Part shown: piece after piece, positions 25,533 to 29,621 of the stretch | Numbering within the stretch: position 1 is the first letter of the stretch | How the letters are laid out: every line of letters begins with the position of its first letter | Origin: a bacterium | GTDB taxonomy: Bacteria > UBA10199 > 2-02-FULL-44-16 > DYJF01 | Length of the DNA: 29,621 nt | Reading direction: 5' to 3' | Assembly (NCBI GenBank): GCA_041739675.1 | Contig: JBGSNL010000035.1 | Coordinates: forward strand, 1-29,621 | Program-made: the position numbers and the translations under genes | The notes under the pieces: generated by a model | What the model was told of the DNA's origin: nothing | What the model saw: only the letters and a program-made list of their open reading frames with translations | Databases searched by the model: none

Positions 25533-27404
25533 ATGAAAATAGTGATGTGGGGTTTGCTGGCAGGAATCTTGATGACCGCCATATTGTGGACGGCTGCTCC
25601 CTCCCATGCGGATGTCGTATCCGACTGGAACAACACGACACTCAATTCGATCAAAGCCGATATGGGAACGCCGATGAAGGACGCCCTCGTGTTGGCCACT
25701 GTCCACGCTGCCGTGTTTGATGCGGTCAATTCCGCCAGTGGAAATTACCACGTGTTCCGCACGTTGTCCTTGTCGGCAATTGGCGCCTCGGCCGAAGCTG
25801 CGGCAGCTGCGGCCGCGCATCGGGTACTCGCCTCGCTCTTTCCGGCGCAGATAATGTCTCTTGACGAAGCGCTTGCCGCATCGCTCTCATCCGTGCCCGA
25901 CGGCGAAGCAAAGGACCGCGGCATAGTTGCAGGCGAGGCCGCCGCCGACGAGATCATTGCATGGCGCAGCGGTGACGCCACTGCAGGCATGGCAGAATAC
26001 ACGCCCGGTGAAGATCCTGGGGAATGGCGCCCGACACCCCCCGACTTTATGATGGCAATGTTCCCCGGTTGGGGCACTCTCATCCCCTTCACTATCACAG
26101 ATATCTCCGTTTTCAGAGCCGGCCCTCCACCGTCCTTGACAAGTTCCGAATACGTAATGGAATTCTTGAGGACGAAAACCTTTGGCAGCAAAAACAGCAG
26201 GGCACGAACGGACGAGGGAAAAGAAATAGCCATGTTCTGGATGGAAAATCCGGTGCGCAGATGGAATATGATAGCCCAGCAAGCCGTTGCTCAGCAAAGT
26301 ATTTCTGTCGATGAGAGTGCCAGGCTCTATGCTCTTCTGAACTTCGCTTTGAACGACGCTCAGATAGCAGCATGGGATACAAAATATTCTTACAACCGAT
26401 GGAGACCCATCACGGCGATCAGAGAGGCCGATACCGACGGAAATTCGCTCACTGATTTTGACCCCAAATGGGAGCCTCTCCTTTCAACGACACCAGCCCA
26501 TCCTGAATATGTCTCCGGCCACAGCACTGTGAGCGGTGCAGCCGCGGAAATCCTCTCCTCATTCTTCGGCACCGATGATATAGCATTTACGGTTCAGCCT
26601 TCATCGTCATCGGGAATGATGATGAAAGCTATGATGCCTCCGATGTCACCCCCAATGACACCACCGACAACGCCCCCGACGACACCCCCGATGATGCCAC
26701 CGACGACGGCGCCGATGACACCTTCAATGCTGCAGCAGCCGCGTTCCTTTGACAGTTTCTCCGAGGCAGTGAACGAGATAGGAATAAGTCGCATTTACGG
26801 CGGCATACATTTCGACTCTTCCAACGAAACCGGAAAAACACTTGGGAGGACCGTGGGCAAATATGTCTGGGAGAACGTGCTGCTGGTCAACAATGCGCCT
26901 GCGGAACCCGCTATTGTTTCGCCCGAGGCGGGCGCGTCGGGAGTCCCCTATGCTCCTGCCGTGTTCGCGTGGACAAGATCCGCGGATCCCGACTCATCCG
27001 ACGCGGTGAGCTACGTTCTCGAATATGCAAACGGCTCTTCACCAACCGACTGGACACGGGTCGAAGTCCCGTACGTGCCTGAGGATAGCCAAACTGCCGG
27101 GTTGGGGTTCGGCCTCGCATCAGCAGCCCTGCTCGGCACGGTCGCTGTTTCAGGAAGGAAGGGGTCCAAGATTTTAATGTCCCTTCTGCTGATGTTCGGC
27201 TTCGGCTTTTCGCTGGCATATCTCTCATCGTGCGGCGGCGATTCCGCCCCTGGCGACAATACAGAAACGATAGAGATATCGGTCACTCTTGAGCCGGATA
27301 CAGACTACATATGGAAGGTCACAGCCAGCGATTCAAACGGAAAAAGCGTAACGAGCGCGGAAAGCACATTCACGACGCAATCCGTTTCCTCCACCGGCTT
27401 CTGA
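25533..27404 (+). CDS. Exported vanadium-dependent haloperoxidase / PAP2-superfamily protein with C-terminal FN3-like domain
   Basis: SD AGGAGG and signal peptide ending PSHA. Motifs K-x6-RP (KYSYNRWRP), PEYVSGHS, SRIYGGIHF. C-terminal LEPDTDYIWKVTASD...FTT. Confidence 0.88.
   Translation: MKIVMWGLLAGILMTAILWTAAPSHADVVSDWNNTTLNSIKADMGTPMKDALVLATVHAAVFDAVNSASGNYHVFRTLSLSAIGASAEAAAAAAAHRVLASLFPAQIMSLDEALAASLSSVPDGEAKDRGIVAGEAAADEIIAWRSGDATAGMAEYTPGEDPGEWRPTPPDFMMAMFPGWGTLIPFTITDISVFRAGPPPSLTSSEYVMEFLRTKTFGSKNSRARTDEGKEIAMFWMENPVRRWNMIAQQAVAQQSISVDESARLYALLNFALNDAQIAAWDTKYSYNRWRPITAIREADTDGNSLTDFDPKWEPLLSTTPAHPEYVSGHSTVSGAAAEILSSFFGTDDIAFTVQPSSSSGMMMKAMMPPMSPPMTPPTTPPTTPPMMPPTTAPMTPSMLQQPRSFDSFSEAVNEIGISRIYGGIHFDSSNETGKTLGRTVGKYVWENVLLVNNAPAEPAIVSPEAGASGVPYAPAVFAWTRSADPDSSDAVSYVLEYANGSSPTDWTRVEVPYVPEDSQTAGLGFGLASAALLGTVAVSGRKGSKILMSLLLMFGFGFSLAYLSSCGGDSAPGDNTETIEISVTLEPDTDYIWKVTASDSNGKSVTSAESTFTTQSVSSTGF
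26640..26723 (+). repeat. 12-nt degenerate tandem coding repeat (about 7 units; P-M/T-T/M/S-P)
   Basis: ccgatgtcaccc ccaatgacacca ccgacaacgccc ccgacgacaccc ccgatgatgcca ccgacgacggcg ccgatgacacct. Confidence 0.8.
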
Positions 27405-27475
27405 CAACCGCGCCGGCGTCGCAACAGTGAGAAGGATGAAGGACACCTCCGTTTTACGGTTGACTTCTGGAGTGC

Positions 27476-28060
27476 CTATTTCGATTTCAATTCCTTGCCC
27501 ACGCTATAGGCCTGCGCGATGTGACCTCCCAGCGATTTGTATTCGCGCGCGGTCCCATAAACATAAATGAACGGCTTGATCTTCTCGGCGTCCGGCTTTT
27601 CATCGGTCACGCAACTTGCGGAAACGTGAACCGCTTCGACCGCGCCGATCACGAATGCGTGCGTGCCGAGAGTCAGGATGTGCGCCACCCTGCATTCTAT
27701 GTTCACCGGGCACTGCTCTATCATCGGCGCGTTCTCCAGCTTTCCGTAGAACACGTTGAACTTGCATTCGGCGACCTTGTCGACCTTGGACCCCGAAAAA
27801 ATACCGCAGTAATCCGTCTCCTTTATTTGATCCGTCGACGGCACATTGAGAGAGAAGGTCATGTTCTGCTTGATGCCTTTGTACGTGTGGCGGTGGGGCC
27901 TGATCGCGACCGCAATCATCAGCGGATCGGCGTTTGCGACGCCGTGCCACGCTACCGTCATGAAGTTGGGCTTTTCGTTCACATTTGTTCCGACCATCGC
28001 GACGGGCATCGCAGGAATGCCGTATGGGAACGCATCAAGATTCAAGGATACTTTGGACAT
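27476..28060 (-). CDS. Flavin reductase family protein (flavoredoxin-like)
   Basis: ATG 28060 with SD GGAGG. Motifs PNFMTVAW, FSLNVP, DYCGIFSG..VDK, APMIEQCPVNIEC, GTHAFVIG.V. Confidence 0.9.
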   Translation of the reverse strand: MSKVSLNLDAFPYGIPAMPVAMVGTNVNEKPNFMTVAWHGVANADPLMIAVAIRPHRHTYKGIKQNMTFSLNVPSTDQIKETDYCGIFSGSKVDKVAECKFNVFYGKLENAPMIEQCPVNIECRVAHILTLGTHAFVIGAVEAVHVSASCVTDEKPDAEKIKPFIYVYGTAREYKSLGGHIAQAYSVGKELKSK

Positions 28061-28100
28061 GACCGCCTCCTGTTTTTGGTGCAACCCAATTGCTGCCCGC

Positions 28101-28667
28101 TCAAACTTCTCCATATCGAAAACAGCTCACAAGATGGTCGTTGACCATCCCCACCGCCTGCATGTGCGCATAGATGATAGTCGAGCCTACGAACTTGAAG
28201 CCGCGTTGCTTCAAGTCGCGGCTGAACAAATCCGACTCCTTCGACGTGGGCGGAAGATCCGCCACACGCTTCCGCTTATTGACGATGCGCTCTCCGTCGA
28301 CAAATTGCCAACTGTACGCGTCAAACGATCCGAACTCCTCCTGCACTTTTAAAAATGAGCGGGCGTTTGAGACAGCCGCCTCAACCTTCTGCCGGTTTCT
28401 GATGATGGAAGGATCCGTCAATAGTTTTTCGATTCTTTTTTGCGTAAATCGGGCGACTTTTTCGCAATCAAATTCCGCAAACGCCCTGCGATAGCCCTCC
28501 CTGCGCTTGAGAATCGTAAGCCAGCTTAAGCCCGCCTGCGCGCCTTCGAGAATGAGAAATTCAAACAACTTCTTGTCATTGTGAACCGGCACGCCCCACT
28601 CTTTGTCATGGTATTTGACGTAGATGGGATCGCGCATGCACCATTCGCATCTTCTGATCTCTTTCAT
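28101..28667 (-). CDS. tag: DNA-3-methyladenine glycosylase I
   Basis: RCEW, YHDKEWG, LFEFLILEGAQAGLSWLTILKRRE, IIRNRQK, GFKFVGSTI.YA.MQAVGMVNDH...C. Confidence 0.96.
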   Translation of the reverse strand: MKEIRRCEWCMRDPIYVKYHDKEWGVPVHNDKKLFEFLILEGAQAGLSWLTILKRREGYRRAFAEFDCEKVARFTQKRIEKLLTDPSIIRNRQKVEAAVSNARSFLKVQEEFGSFDAYSWQFVDGERIVNKRKRVADLPPTSKESDLFSRDLKQRGFKFVGSTIIYAHMQAVGMVNDHLVSCFRYGEV

Positions 28668-29146
28668 GATCTCTCCTGTTTCCCATTATCTTGCGTCAAA
28701 ATATCGCGGCGGACATAAAGATAGCAAAGCCCCCAGAGACCGTAGAGAAAGACGATCGCAAGGAAGATTGAGTACGGCGTGAAGCGGGTAAAATTGAAAC
28801 CCGGCGCGCCGCGGGCAAAGAACAACGTGAAAAGACATGCTGCCGGAAAATACATGGTGACGGCAAATGCGCCGGCCATCGCAAAGAGGCCCCATCCTTT
28901 TCTCAGCCACATGCCGACAAGACCGACCACGATGAGCGGAATATAAACGAGAGTGTCTGCGACGCCGAAGCCCTTGTTCAACGCAACCCCGACGTCGGTC
29001 ACCGCATGTTGCGATTCCTGCAAGCCCAGAGAGACCGTGAAATCGTAATCGATATACGACATTACCTGTCCCATAAACATCATGATAAGCCAGACAACGC
29101 TGATGATCATTATGGCCCAGAATCCCTTTGGCCTTCCACCCTTCAT
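28664..29146 (-). CDS. Hypothetical membrane protein (about 4 TM segments)
   Basis: SD GGAGGTG, four hydrophobic segments, ATGA overlap with tag. Confidence 0.8.
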   Translation of the reverse strand: MKGGRPKGFWAIMIISVVWLIMMFMGQVMSYIDYDFTVSLGLQESQHAVTDVGVALNKGFGVADTLVYIPLIVVGLVGMWLRKGWGLFAMAGAFAVTMYFPAACLFTLFFARGAPGFNFTRFTPYSIFLAIVFLYGLWGLCYLYVRRDILTQDNGKQERS

Positions 29147-29231
29147 CCGCCACCTCCTGCTAAAAAAGCTCTAGAATAATCGGCAACTTTTGTCTATAGA
29201 CGTGGATGTCGTATATGTTACGAGACACAAA

Positions 29232-29561
29232 TCAGACCCTGCACTTACACTCTTTCCCTTTCAAAATTCTTTTTTGATCTTCGGCTGAATCAATGAGACG
29301 TGTCTGTCTTGCCTTTCCGCCCGCGAGTTTTACATTGAGAACGCTTCTGTGACGGTATCCCCGGCGCCTCATCTCGGCTGCGACCTTCCCATGCCGCAGA
29401 TACAACGCCTTCAACCTCCCGCGCCACCTTTGGGTTTCAGGATGAGCGGCATATCCCTTTTTATTTTTGGTTATTACGTTCCAGATCGCATGGATCTCCG
29501 CATGCTCGCCCAAGAGATGGTTTGCGCAAAGAATTGCCGGCGAAATATCCCAGACTCTCAT
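29232..29561 (-). CDS. Pyrimidine-dimer DNA glycosylase / endonuclease V (DenV-like) family protein
   Basis: MRVWDI.P..L...HLLGEH.E.H..W......GY..HPE..RW......L..RH...EM.RRGY.H.S. SD GAGGTG. Confidence 0.8.
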   Translation of the reverse strand: MRVWDISPAILCANHLLGEHAEIHAIWNVITKNKKGYAAHPETQRWRGRLKALYLRHGKVAAEMRRRGYRHRSVLNVKLAGGKARQTRLIDSAEDQKRILKGKECKCRV

Positions 29562-29567
29562 TACACC

Positions 29568-29621
29568 TCAATTTGCATCGCCGCCGGAGTTCAAAATCAC
29601 GATATCGTCGACGTGCATTGC
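29568..29621 (-). CDS. Possible 3' end of an upstream gene (partial)
   Basis: Frame reading ...AMHVDDIVILNSGGDAN-TGA, with the stop overlapping the SD of the next gene. Only 18 codons are visible. Confidence 0.3.
   Translation of the reverse strand, partial: AMHVDDIVILNSGGDAN

Noticed and set aside
13841..27404. Functional link between the haloperoxidase and the KYG tail (dityrosine cross-linking)
   Set aside because: The genes are more than 11 kb apart with no shared regulation visible. It is an attractive idea but unsupported by the sequence.

Overview
Bacterial chromosomal window. The mix of sigma54 promoters, Cys-containing C-terminal sorting-like tails and an FG-GAP lipoprotein suggests a deltaproteobacterial/Myxococcota-like lineage (inference only). 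Left end: a translation cluster on the minus strand. It holds an EF-G-like gene broken by a single in-frame TAG, rlmB, tRNA-Thr/Tyr/Gly/Thr, a YajG-like exported protein inserted before the 5' part of tuf, and a divergent RlmI-type methyltransferase. Next is a tightly coupled operon: secreted protein - metzincin protease - ispG - proS - pyrF-like, the last lacking two conserved active-site residues. The middle holds cell-surface genes (OmpA-family protein with a KYG-repeat tail, FG-GAP lipoprotein, a large lipoprotein), a DUF6922-like/AbiEii module coupled to an AmpG-like permease, a secreted double Tudor protein, an SlyD-like PPIase and a cold-shock protein. The right end has a vanadium haloperoxidase/PAP2-family protein of unusual architecture and a small DNA-repair cluster (DenV-like, tag, flavin reductase). 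Most notable: the amber-interrupted EF-G paralog, four sigma54 promoters before orphan/surface genes, three variants of Cys-based membrane-anchoring signals, and a two-copy 53-bp palindromic element with compensatory changes. No CRISPR array, rRNA, integrase or transposase was seen.
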